DNA of 64,000 bases, from assembly GCA_965262355.1 (NCBI GenBank), contig OZ253534.1, positions 1,280,845 to 1,344,844 on the forward strand, read 5' to 3'. The position numbers and the translations under genes are program-made. A model generated the notes under the pieces. The model searched no databases. It had not been told where the DNA came from and was given only the letters and a program-made list of their open reading frames with translations. The stretch is from Candidatus Multivorans sp. Lineage in GTDB: Bacteria; Acidobacteriota; Thermoanaerobaculia; Multivoradales; Multivoraceae. This document shows positions 57,041-64,000 of this stretch, in pieces (position 1 is the stretch's first letter; each line of letters starts with the position of its first letter).

Positions 57041-59491
57041 TCATGGCCGGCCCGACCGCACCGGTACGCCCTGCCGGTACTGCTCCAGTCTCCGGTTCAG
57101 CAGTTCGAGCAGCCGTTCCCGGTCCGCCGGCGCGGCCTGCCGCCGCCCCGACGCGCCGCGGATGGCCTCCAGGGCGGTCTCGATCGTTCGCACCGCGGCG
57201 TCGAAGTCGCCGGTCTCGGCGTAGGCGGCGGCCAGAGTCTCGAGCAGGGCCGGCTCTTCGCCGCCGGCGACCGCGTTCAGCTCGAGCGCGATGATCAGAG
57301 CGAGCTGGCCGTCCCGGCGGCGGCTGTCGCGATCGGTCGCCAGGGTCCAGGCGAGGTCGTTGCCCCGTGCGAGCAGGCGCTCGTCCTCGACGTAGGCGCG
57401 CCGCAGGTGATCCGTGCCCTCCATAGCGCCCTCGGGTCCGCTACGCAGAAGAGTCAACCCGAGTTCGTGGCGGCCGGCAGCGTGGGCCGGGTCGTGTTCC
57501 AGCAGCGCCCGGTATCTCTCGATTGCCTCCTCCAGACGGCCCGTACCGGCAGCCACCTGAGCGGCGCCGTAGAGGGCGGCGACATCGCGAGGCGCCACCG
57601 CGAGGATCGCGCGGTAGTGGGCGCCAGCCGCCTCCGGGTAGCCGCTGCGGACCGCCGCGACGGCCAGGATCCGGTGCGCCTCGACGTGCCGCGGATCGCG
57701 GTCGACGACCGCGGCGAACTGCTCCATCGCCTCGGAGAGCCGGTCCAGCTTGCCGAGCAACTGGCCGTAGAGATAGCGGAGTTCCACGTCGTCGGGGCTC
57801 TGCTCCACGGCGCGACCGAGTTCATCTGCCGCGGCCTCCGTTTGCCCTTCGCTGTCCAGGAGTTCGGCCAAGCGCACCCGTGCCGCGACATTGCCGGGAT
57901 CCGCGGCCAGCGCCGCCTCCGCCTCGGCACGTACCTGGTCCACGTCGCCGGCATCGACCAGGGCGTTCTGGTAGGCCATCCGCGCACCCGGATCGTCCGG
58001 CTCGAGGTCCAGTGCGGCGCGCGCGTGACGGACGGCGGCCCGGTTGTCTCCGCGCCGGCTCTCGATCACCGCCAGACGCTGGAGCGACTTGAACAGCCGG
58101 TCCCTCGCACCGCGCTGCTCGAACGACGCCCGACCCCCGCCGTCCATCCGGCTGCCGTCCAGCCGCGCCTGCTCCACCTCCACCGACCGTTGCAGAAAGT
58201 CCACGGACTCGGCGGGGAAACGGTCCTCGAACCAGCGCGCGTAGCTGGCCAGCGACACCTCGTCCGGCGGCTCGGTGAACCAACGGCCGGCGACCGGCGC
58301 CGACGCAGCCCGCAGCGCGGAGCGCGGAGCGTCGAGCAGTTCGAGGTCGGCCAGAAGATCGCCGGCGGTCACACCACCGCGGTAGAGAACGGCGACCCGG
58401 CCCTCGCCGTCGATCAGCATGGAGAACGGCAGCGACAGGGGGAAGCGGCGGTCGAACAGCGAGCGCTTGACGATCTCGACCTTGTCGAGGGTCTCTTCGG
58501 TCGCCATCCCGCTAGAGAACGGGAAGCCGACCTCGTCCATGAACTTCCGGGCCGACTCCTCGGTCGTGGTCGGCACGTCGCCCAGTCCGTCGGTCGACAG
58601 CGCCGCGATCTCGAGCCCGGCGGCGCGTAGCGCGTCCTCCTCCCGCGTCAGGTCGAGCAGCTCTGACCGGCAGGGAGCGCACCAGCTCGCCCAGATGTTG
58701 AGCAGTACCGGCCGACCCCGCCCGATCGCGATCGGCGCCGGCGCCGCGGCGCCGAAGGGTCGCATCGAGAGCTGCGGCGAAGGCGGCCGCGGCGCCAGCA
58801 CGACCCGGGCGCCCGTGGTCGGCGCCGGGGGCTGCTGCTCGCCCGGTTCGAGGGCTGACTGCCGTCTGCGCACCGGCGCCGGCGCCGCCCGGCCGCTGCC
58901 CTGGACGATCCGGTAGCGGCCGCCGGCCGCGATGCCGCTGAAGGTCTCCCGGCCGGCGCCCGGCCAGTGGACGATCGCCGTACCCGTCGGTTCGGCGGCG
59001 CCGAGGCCGAAGTGCAGCCAGCGGCTGGACTGGGAGAGGAAGCCCTCGCCGGCTCGCACCGAGCGCCGCAAGGCGCCGTCCGTCGTCTCGAGCTCGACCC
59101 GGGCGCCCACCGCGTCCCGGTTGGTGCCGGCGCCGTCGCCCTCGAGATACAGCGCGACGAAGCGGTCGGCCGCGGGTAGTTCGTTGCGCATCAGCCGCAA
59201 CCGGGGCGCCGTGCGGTTGCTGATCGCCACATCCAGGTCGCCGTCGCCCTCCAGGTCGAGGAAGGCGACGCCGCGGCCGTCGTCCGGGAAGTCCAGGCCG
59301 CTCACCGCCGAGGCGTTGGCGAAGGCGCCGCCCGCCCGGCCGGGGTTCAGGAAGACGCAGTTCCGCTCGTTGCCGCTGAAGGACAGCCCCTCATCCAGCC
59401 GCTCGTGAAGCGCGCGCAGGGATTCGAGATACGGCGCCAGCGAACGCTCATCCGGAGCGCCGTCTTCGAGGGCTCTGGGCGCACGCGGCAC
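57041..59491 (-). CDS. ASPIC/UnbV domain + thioredoxin-like (TlpA/redoxin, WCAPC) + C-terminal TPR region; probably the 3' part of a single CRTAC1-like gene
   Basis: ASPIC/UnbV motifs (RDAVGARVELETTDG ... WLHFGLG ... IVHWPGAG). Redoxin WASWCAPC. Multiple TPRs. The called start is a GTG 7 codons after an in-frame TGA. Confidence 0.75.
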   Translation of the reverse strand: MPRAPRALEDGAPDERSLAPYLESLRALHERLDEGLSFSGNERNCVFLNPGRAGGAFANASAVSGLDFPDDGRGVAFLDLEGDGDLDVAISNRTAPRLRLMRNELPAADRFVALYLEGDGAGTNRDAVGARVELETTDGALRRSVRAGEGFLSQSSRWLHFGLGAAEPTGTAIVHWPGAGRETFSGIAAGGRYRIVQGSGRAAPAPVRRRQSALEPGEQQPPAPTTGARVVLAPRPPSPQLSMRPFGAAAPAPIAIGRGRPVLLNIWASWCAPCRSELLDLTREEDALRAAGLEIAALSTDGLGDVPTTTEESARKFMDEVGFPFSSGMATEETLDKVEIVKRSLFDRRFPLSLPFSMLIDGEGRVAVLYRGGVTAGDLLADLELLDAPRSALRAASAPVAGRWFTEPPDEVSLASYARWFEDRFPAESVDFLQRSVEVEQARLDGSRMDGGGRASFEQRGARDRLFKSLQRLAVIESRRGDNRAAVRHARAALDLEPDDPGARMAYQNALVDAGDVDQVRAEAEAALAADPGNVAARVRLAELLDSEGQTEAAADELGRAVEQSPDDVELRYLYGQLLGKLDRLSEAMEQFAAVVDRDPRHVEAHRILAVAAVRSGYPEAAGAHYRAILAVAPRDVAALYGAAQVAAGTGRLEEAIERYRALLEHDPAHAAGRHELGLTLLRSGPEGAMEGTDHLRRAYVEDERLLARGNDLAWTLATDRDSRRRDGQLALIIALELNAVAGGEEPALLETLAAAYAETGDFDAAVRTIETALEAIRGASGRRQAAPADRERLLELLNRRLEQYRQGVPVRSGRP

Positions 59492-59512
59492 GACCTGCCG
59501 CCAGAAGAAGCT

Positions 59513-61339
59513 TCACAGGTCGTCCGGGAGGGTCTGGGTCAGGTTGCCGTTGGCTACGACCAGATCCTCCCAGCCATCGTTGTTGATGTCGGCGAACACC
59601 GACGACCAGGACCACCGGCCCATCGTCACGTCGGCCTGGACGCTCCGGTCGACGAAGTCGCCCCCGTCCGAGCCCGCGAAGAGCGAATTGCCGCGCGCCA
59701 TCCGCTGGACCTCCGCCAGCGGGCCGGCGCGCTGCCGGTCGCGCTCGAACTTCCGCTGGTAGGTGATCCGGTTGCCGGCGGCCGAGAACATGTTGCCGAC
59801 GTACACGTCCATGCGGCCGTCGCGGTTGTAATCGGCCCAACTCACCGACATCCCGGACGAGATGTCCTCGACTCCGGCGTCGCCCGCCACGTCGACGAAC
59901 CGGCCGCCGTCGTTGCGGTACAGGTTGTTGCGGCCGTAGTCGTTCGCCACGTAGAGGTCCGCGTCGCCGTCGCCGTCGTAATCCTCCCACGACGCCGCCA
60001 GACTGAAGCGGCGGTTGTTGCGGTCGAGCCCCGCCGCGGCCGTCGCGTCGACGAACCGGAACCCGCCGTCGTTGCGCAGCAGCACGTTGCGGCCGCCGTT
60101 GTTCGCGTCGTGGTACGGCACCGGGCTCGCCACGCCGCGCTCGTCGTAGGCGCGGCGGTAGGCGCAGACGTAGAGGTCGAGGTCGCCGTCGCCGTCGTAG
60201 TCGGCGGCCGAGAGCGAGTTGCTGTCCGGGATATCGCCCGCGACGTAGCGCACCCGGGCGAAGCCGCCGTTGCCGTCGTTTTCGAGCACCAGCACCGCCG
60301 GCCGGCTGGAGAGCACCAGGTCCGGGTCGCCGTCGTTGTCGAGATCGACGAACAGCCCGGCGAGGGCGCGCTCCAGGTAGTCGACCGCCGCCGCGGCCGA
60401 ACGGTCATCGAACGTGCCGTTCGGATTCTGTACGTACAGCCGGTTCGGCAGTCCGCCCTGCTCGGGCAGGAAGATGTCGTCCAGACCGTCACCGTTGACG
60501 TCGGCCACGGACACGCCCTGCCATCCCGTCTTGTTGTAGCCCGCCGCCTTGGTGATCCGGTTGAGCCAGGCGTCCGGCGGCTGCAGCAGTTGGTCCCGGT
60601 AGCTCGGGTTGTGGCCGACGGCGGCTTCGGTGACGTCGACGAAGAGCGTGCCGCCGGCCGCGGACGTCTCCTCGTAGTCGCTCACCTCGACCGTGCGCAG
60701 GAGCGGCTCGCCGGTGCCGTCCGGCGGCGCCGTCCAGGTCGTCGTCCAGACCGCGTTCAACTGGCGACTGCCGCCCGCTCCCGCTGCCGACGCCTCGAAG
60801 TAGGAGCGGGTGGTGAAGCTCGCCGCGTCGCCCTCGATCGTGAAGAGCTTGAAGTCGGCCCGCGGCGGTCCGTTGCCAGCCAGCCGCTCGCCCAACGCGC
60901 GAAGCGCCTCCAGGAAGCCCTGGCCGCCCCTATAGGCGAAGCGCCCGGGCTGGCCAACAACCACAGCGAAAGCCGGACCGGAGTAGCGCTCGATCAACTC
61001 ATCGGGGACGAAGCCCCGGGTCTCGAACGTCTCGTCAACCGCCTCATCCAACGCATCCGGCGACACCGCGGCCACGCCGCCTACGAGCCAGCCCGCGATG
61101 CGCTTGAGCTGCGCCTCGGCCTGTTCGCTGAGCGCTTCGCTGTCCCAGCCATCGGCACGGGGATCAACGGCAGCGGCGAAGTTCTCCGGCCCGAAGGCGG
61201 GAGATGTCTCAACAGCCGCGGCCGCCGCGCGGCGATCCTGTGCCACCGCCGTCGGTGAGGCGCCCAGCAGGATGACCGCCGAGAGCGTGGCCGCGGCAGG
61301 CTGAAAAAGCAGTGGCTTGAGCAAGTTCTTGAGCGCCAT
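59513..61339 (-). CDS. FG-GAP/VCBS-repeat protein (CRTAC1-family N-terminal part), secreted
   Basis: Signal peptide. Repeated DxDGDGDxD FG-GAP/VCBS motifs. Ends at the in-frame TGA at 59513-15. Confidence 0.8.
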   Translation of the reverse strand: MALKNLLKPLLFQPAAATLSAVILLGASPTAVAQDRRAAAAAVETSPAFGPENFAAAVDPRADGWDSEALSEQAEAQLKRIAGWLVGGVAAVSPDALDEAVDETFETRGFVPDELIERYSGPAFAVVVGQPGRFAYRGGQGFLEALRALGERLAGNGPPRADFKLFTIEGDAASFTTRSYFEASAAGAGGSRQLNAVWTTTWTAPPDGTGEPLLRTVEVSDYEETSAAGGTLFVDVTEAAVGHNPSYRDQLLQPPDAWLNRITKAAGYNKTGWQGVSVADVNGDGLDDIFLPEQGGLPNRLYVQNPNGTFDDRSAAAAVDYLERALAGLFVDLDNDGDPDLVLSSRPAVLVLENDGNGGFARVRYVAGDIPDSNSLSAADYDGDGDLDLYVCAYRRAYDERGVASPVPYHDANNGGRNVLLRNDGGFRFVDATAAAGLDRNNRRFSLAASWEDYDGDGDADLYVANDYGRNNLYRNDGGRFVDVAGDAGVEDISSGMSVSWADYNRDGRMDVYVGNMFSAAGNRITYQRKFERDRQRAGPLAEVQRMARGNSLFAGSDGGDFVDRSVQADVTMGRWSWSSVFADINNDGWEDLVVANGNLTQTLPDDL

Positions 61340-61399
61340 TCGACACGTTGGACTCTATCGGCGGAGCCTAAACCGAAAGCGCTCTTCTATGATCGGGCC

Positions 61400-63616
61400 G
61401 TGCGCCCCAGTTCAAGGATCCCCTTCGGCCTGGGGCAGACCAAGCCGCACCACTTCCTGGAGATGGGGAAGGTGGCGTGGCGGAACCGGGACGAGGCCGG
61501 CTACGCGTGGCGCATCCTGCGCGACGGGGTCTGCGACGGCTGCGCGCTGGGAACTTCGGGTTTGCGCGACTGGACACTGGACGGCGTCCACCTGTGCATG
61601 GTGCGTCTCGATCTGCTGCGGCTGAACACGATGCCGGCCCTCGACCCGGCCGTCCTCGCCGATGCCGACGCCCTGGCCGCCCGCGACTCCACGGCGCTGC
61701 GCGGTCTGGGACGCCTCGCTCACCCGATGCTGCGACGGGCCGGAGAGCCAGGGTTCCGGAGGATCGGCTGGCCCGAGGCGACCGACATCGCGGCGTCCAG
61801 GCTCGCGGACGTCCGGCAGCGCGACCCGACGCGGGCGGCCTTCTTCCTGACCTCGCGCGGCATTCCCAACGAGACCTACTACGTGGCGCAGAAGGCCGCC
61901 CGCTTCTTCGGCACGCCCCACGTAGACACCGCTGCCCGCCTCTGCCACGCCGCCTCCACGGTGGCGTTGCATCGCGCGCTGGGATTCGGCGCCGCGACCA
62001 ACTCCTACCGCGACTGGCTCGACGCAGACCTGATCGTGTTCTTCGGCTCGAACGTGCCGAACAACCAGCCGGTGACGATCAAGTATCTCCACTTCGCGCG
62101 CCGCCGGGGCGCCGAGATCGCGGTCGTCAACCCGTATCGCGAGCCCGGCCTCAAGCGCTACTGGGTGCCGTCGGTCCCTTCGAGCGCCCTGTTCGGCACC
62201 GACCTCGCCCAGCACTGGTTCGCGGTCGACACCGGCGGCGACCTCGCCTTCCTGAACGGCACGATGAAGGCCCTGCTCGATCTGCCCGGAGGCGTCGCGC
62301 GCGACTTCGTCGAGCGCTCCACCGAGGGCTTCGCCGAGGTCGAGGCGGCGCTGAGAGGAACCGGCTGGTCCGAGCTCGAGAGCTCGAGCGGCGCCTCGCG
62401 CGCCGAGATGGAGCGTTTCGCGGCACTTCTCTGCTCCAAGCCGAAGACGATCCTGGTCTGGTCGATGGGGCTGACCCAGCACCGCCACGGCGTCGACACC
62501 GTGCTCTCGATCTGCAACCTCGGCCTGATGCGCGGCCTCCCGGGCCGTCCCGGCTCGGGCCTGGTTCCGATCCGCGGCCATTCCGGCGTCCAGGGCGGTT
62601 CCGAGGTCGGCTGCGCGCCGGTGACCGAAGCGCAGACGCTCGACCGTTGGGCCGGGGTCTGGGGTTTCGAGCCCCCGCGCGGTCCCGGACTGGCCGCGAC
62701 CGGCCAGATCGAAGCGGCAGCGACCGGAGACATCGACGCGTTCTGGCTACTCGGCGGCAACTTCCTGGAAACGACGCCCGACCGGGAACGGATCGAGCGT
62801 GCGCTGCACCGGCCCAGGCTCCGGATCCACCAGGACATCGTGCTCAACGGCGCGATGCTGGTCGAGCCGAGCGACACCGTGCTTCTGCTGCCGGCGACGA
62901 CCCGCTACGAGATCCCCGGAGGCGTGACGGAGACGACGACGGAGAGGCGGATCGTCTACTCGCCGCCGATCGACTACGGGGGCGCCGAGGCGCGGCAGCT
63001 CGGCGAATGCCGCCCGGAGTGGGAGGTGCTGTGCGAGATCGTCGGCCGGGCGCGGCCAGAGCCCGCGGGGGCTCTCGACTTCGCGGACACGGCAGCAATC
63101 CGCGACGAGATCGCACGCGCCGAACCGCGCTACGCCGGCATCGAGCACCTGAAGCGGAAGGGCGACCAGTTCCAGTGGGGCGGGCCGCGCCTGTTCGAGG
63201 ATGGACGCTTCGCGACCCCCTCGGGCCGAGCCGGCTTCCACGCCGTCGAACCGCCCGCGGAGCGCGGCCTCGAGGATGGCGAGCTCTTCCTTTCGACCCG
63301 CCGGGGCCGCCAGTTCAACTCGATGGTCCATCACGGGCGCGATGCCCTGACAGGGCTCGAACGTTCCGACCTGCTGATGAACGCCGAGGACGGTCGTATC
63401 CGGGGGATCGCGGACGGCGACCGGGTCGTCGTCTCGTCTCCCGTGTCGCAGATCGAACTGGTGGCGCGCTTCCAACCGATCAAGTCGGGCAACGTCGAAG
63501 CCCACTGGCCTGAGTGCATGGAGTTGCTGCCGTGGTCGCTGGACCCCGATTCGGGCGAGCCCGAATACGGCGTGCGGGTGCGGATCGAACGGGCGGGCGC
63601 CGCACATGGCGGCTGA
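61400..63616 (+). CDS. FdhF/YdeP-family molybdopterin oxidoreductase
   Basis: N-terminal Cys cluster (CDGCALG ... HLC), MGD-binding core, C-terminal MopB barrel. GTG start assumed. Confidence 0.8.
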   Translation: MRPSSRIPFGLGQTKPHHFLEMGKVAWRNRDEAGYAWRILRDGVCDGCALGTSGLRDWTLDGVHLCMVRLDLLRLNTMPALDPAVLADADALAARDSTALRGLGRLAHPMLRRAGEPGFRRIGWPEATDIAASRLADVRQRDPTRAAFFLTSRGIPNETYYVAQKAARFFGTPHVDTAARLCHAASTVALHRALGFGAATNSYRDWLDADLIVFFGSNVPNNQPVTIKYLHFARRRGAEIAVVNPYREPGLKRYWVPSVPSSALFGTDLAQHWFAVDTGGDLAFLNGTMKALLDLPGGVARDFVERSTEGFAEVEAALRGTGWSELESSSGASRAEMERFAALLCSKPKTILVWSMGLTQHRHGVDTVLSICNLGLMRGLPGRPGSGLVPIRGHSGVQGGSEVGCAPVTEAQTLDRWAGVWGFEPPRGPGLAATGQIEAAATGDIDAFWLLGGNFLETTPDRERIERALHRPRLRIHQDIVLNGAMLVEPSDTVLLLPATTRYEIPGGVTETTTERRIVYSPPIDYGGAEARQLGECRPEWEVLCEIVGRARPEPAGALDFADTAAIRDEIARAEPRYAGIEHLKRKGDQFQWGGPRLFEDGRFATPSGRAGFHAVEPPAERGLEDGELFLSTRRGRQFNSMVHHGRDALTGLERSDLLMNAEDGRIRGIADGDRVVVSSPVSQIELVARFQPIKSGNVEAHWPECMELLPWSLDPDSGEPEYGVRVRIERAGAAHGG

Positions 63617-64000
63617 CCGCCCGGCGGCTGGCGGGGCCGGACGCGCCGCGGCCCGTGAGGCCCTGGTCGAGCGCGGCGAGGGCGATGTGCGATGCGACCT
63701 GGTGGCGGTCGAGGCGCCGCTGGAGATCCGGGTCGACGGAGAACCGCTCGTCATCACCATGCGCAGCCCGGGCGCCGAGGTGGAACTGGCCCTGGGATAC
63801 CTCTACGCCGAGGGTTGGATCGAAGACGCCGCTGACGTAGACGAGGTCGCCGCCGGCGCCGCCACCCGCTCCGACGGGCAGCCGGCGGTTCCGGCCGACG
63901 ACGAGCCCACGCTGGTCCCCGGCTCGATCGTCGACATCCGGCTCTCGGCGGCAGGACGCCGGCGGACTGGCCAACGGAAAGATGCCGGCATGCGCGAACG
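63606..64000 (+). CDS. fdhD: FdhD (formate dehydrogenase accessory sulfurtransferase), 5' part; continues beyond the window
   Basis: ATG overlaps the upstream stop (ATGGCGGCTGA). MRSPGAEVELALGYLYAEGWI matches the FdhD N-terminal signature. Confidence 0.7.
   Translation, partial: MAADRPAAGGAGRAAAREALVERGEGDVRCDLVAVEAPLEIRVDGEPLVITMRSPGAEVELALGYLYAEGWIEDAADVDEVAAGAATRSDGQPAVPADDEPTLVPGSIVDIRLSAAGRRRTGQRKDAGMRE

Noticed and set aside
59492-59515. Selenocysteine/UGA recoding at the in-frame TGA of the CRTAC1-like gene
   Set aside because: No redox-active Cys-type context. SECIS detection cannot be done by eye. Nonsense mutation or sequencing error is judged more likely, so this is kept only as a low-probability alternative.
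1-64000. CRISPR arrays, rRNA and tRNA genes
   Set aside because: No short regularly spaced direct repeats and no rRNA-like or cloverleaf-like segments were recognised by eye. tRNAs cannot be fully excluded without tRNAscan.

Overview
High-GC (~68-72%) chromosomal window from a diderm bacterium (OmpA-like and beta-barrel OM proteins, lipoproteins). It splits into three parts. (1) 1-19.4 kb is ordinary core DNA. It carries a beta-oxidation-like cluster (two crotonases, an SDR, a thiolase), a sulfatase, an M20 peptidase, a BON/OmpA protein, an RND (MMPL/HpnN-like) exporter operon with a BtuF-like binding protein, a DUF2029-like membrane glycosyltransferase and a DUF547 protein, an LLM oxidoreductase and a ThuA-like protein. 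(2) ~19.5-38 kb is a lower-GC (~52-60%) accessory/defence island. It holds a HicA-like small toxin, a 1361-aa protein with an N-terminal HNH nuclease, helical repeats and PIN-like C-terminal motifs, translationally coupled (ATGA overlap) to a 652-aa partner with no recognisable domain; this pair is my best candidate for an undescribed system. The island also holds an ApeA-like C-terminal HEPN protein, a frameshifted ~1340-aa type IIG (MmeI/PglX-like) restriction-methyltransferase, a DUF222/HNH (13E12-type) endonuclease, a degraded ~0.9-kb tandem duplication carrying CPBP (Abi/CAAX) protease genes, a DUF3782-like PD-(D/E)xK protein and a Fic protein. (3) 38-64 kb holds an imuA-imuB ... dnaE2 SOS-mutagenesis cassette. 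The cassette is split by ~9.9 kb of inserted material: an IS630 copy, an IS3-disrupted gene, an AAA ATPase, an MNT/HEPN pair, a Swt1-like-HEPN coiled-coil protein and a TPR protein. A second, near-identical inverted IS630 copy follows; it interrupts a secreted tandem-repeat metzincin gene, which can be rejoined in frame. After that come a 97-nt diverged dnaE2 fragment, a CRTAC1-like FG-GAP/ASPIC gene split by one in-frame TGA, and a YdeP/FdhF-like molybdoenzyme with fdhD. No rRNA, tRNA or CRISPR array was recognised. Many long antisense ORFs in the track are high-GC shadow frames and were ignored.
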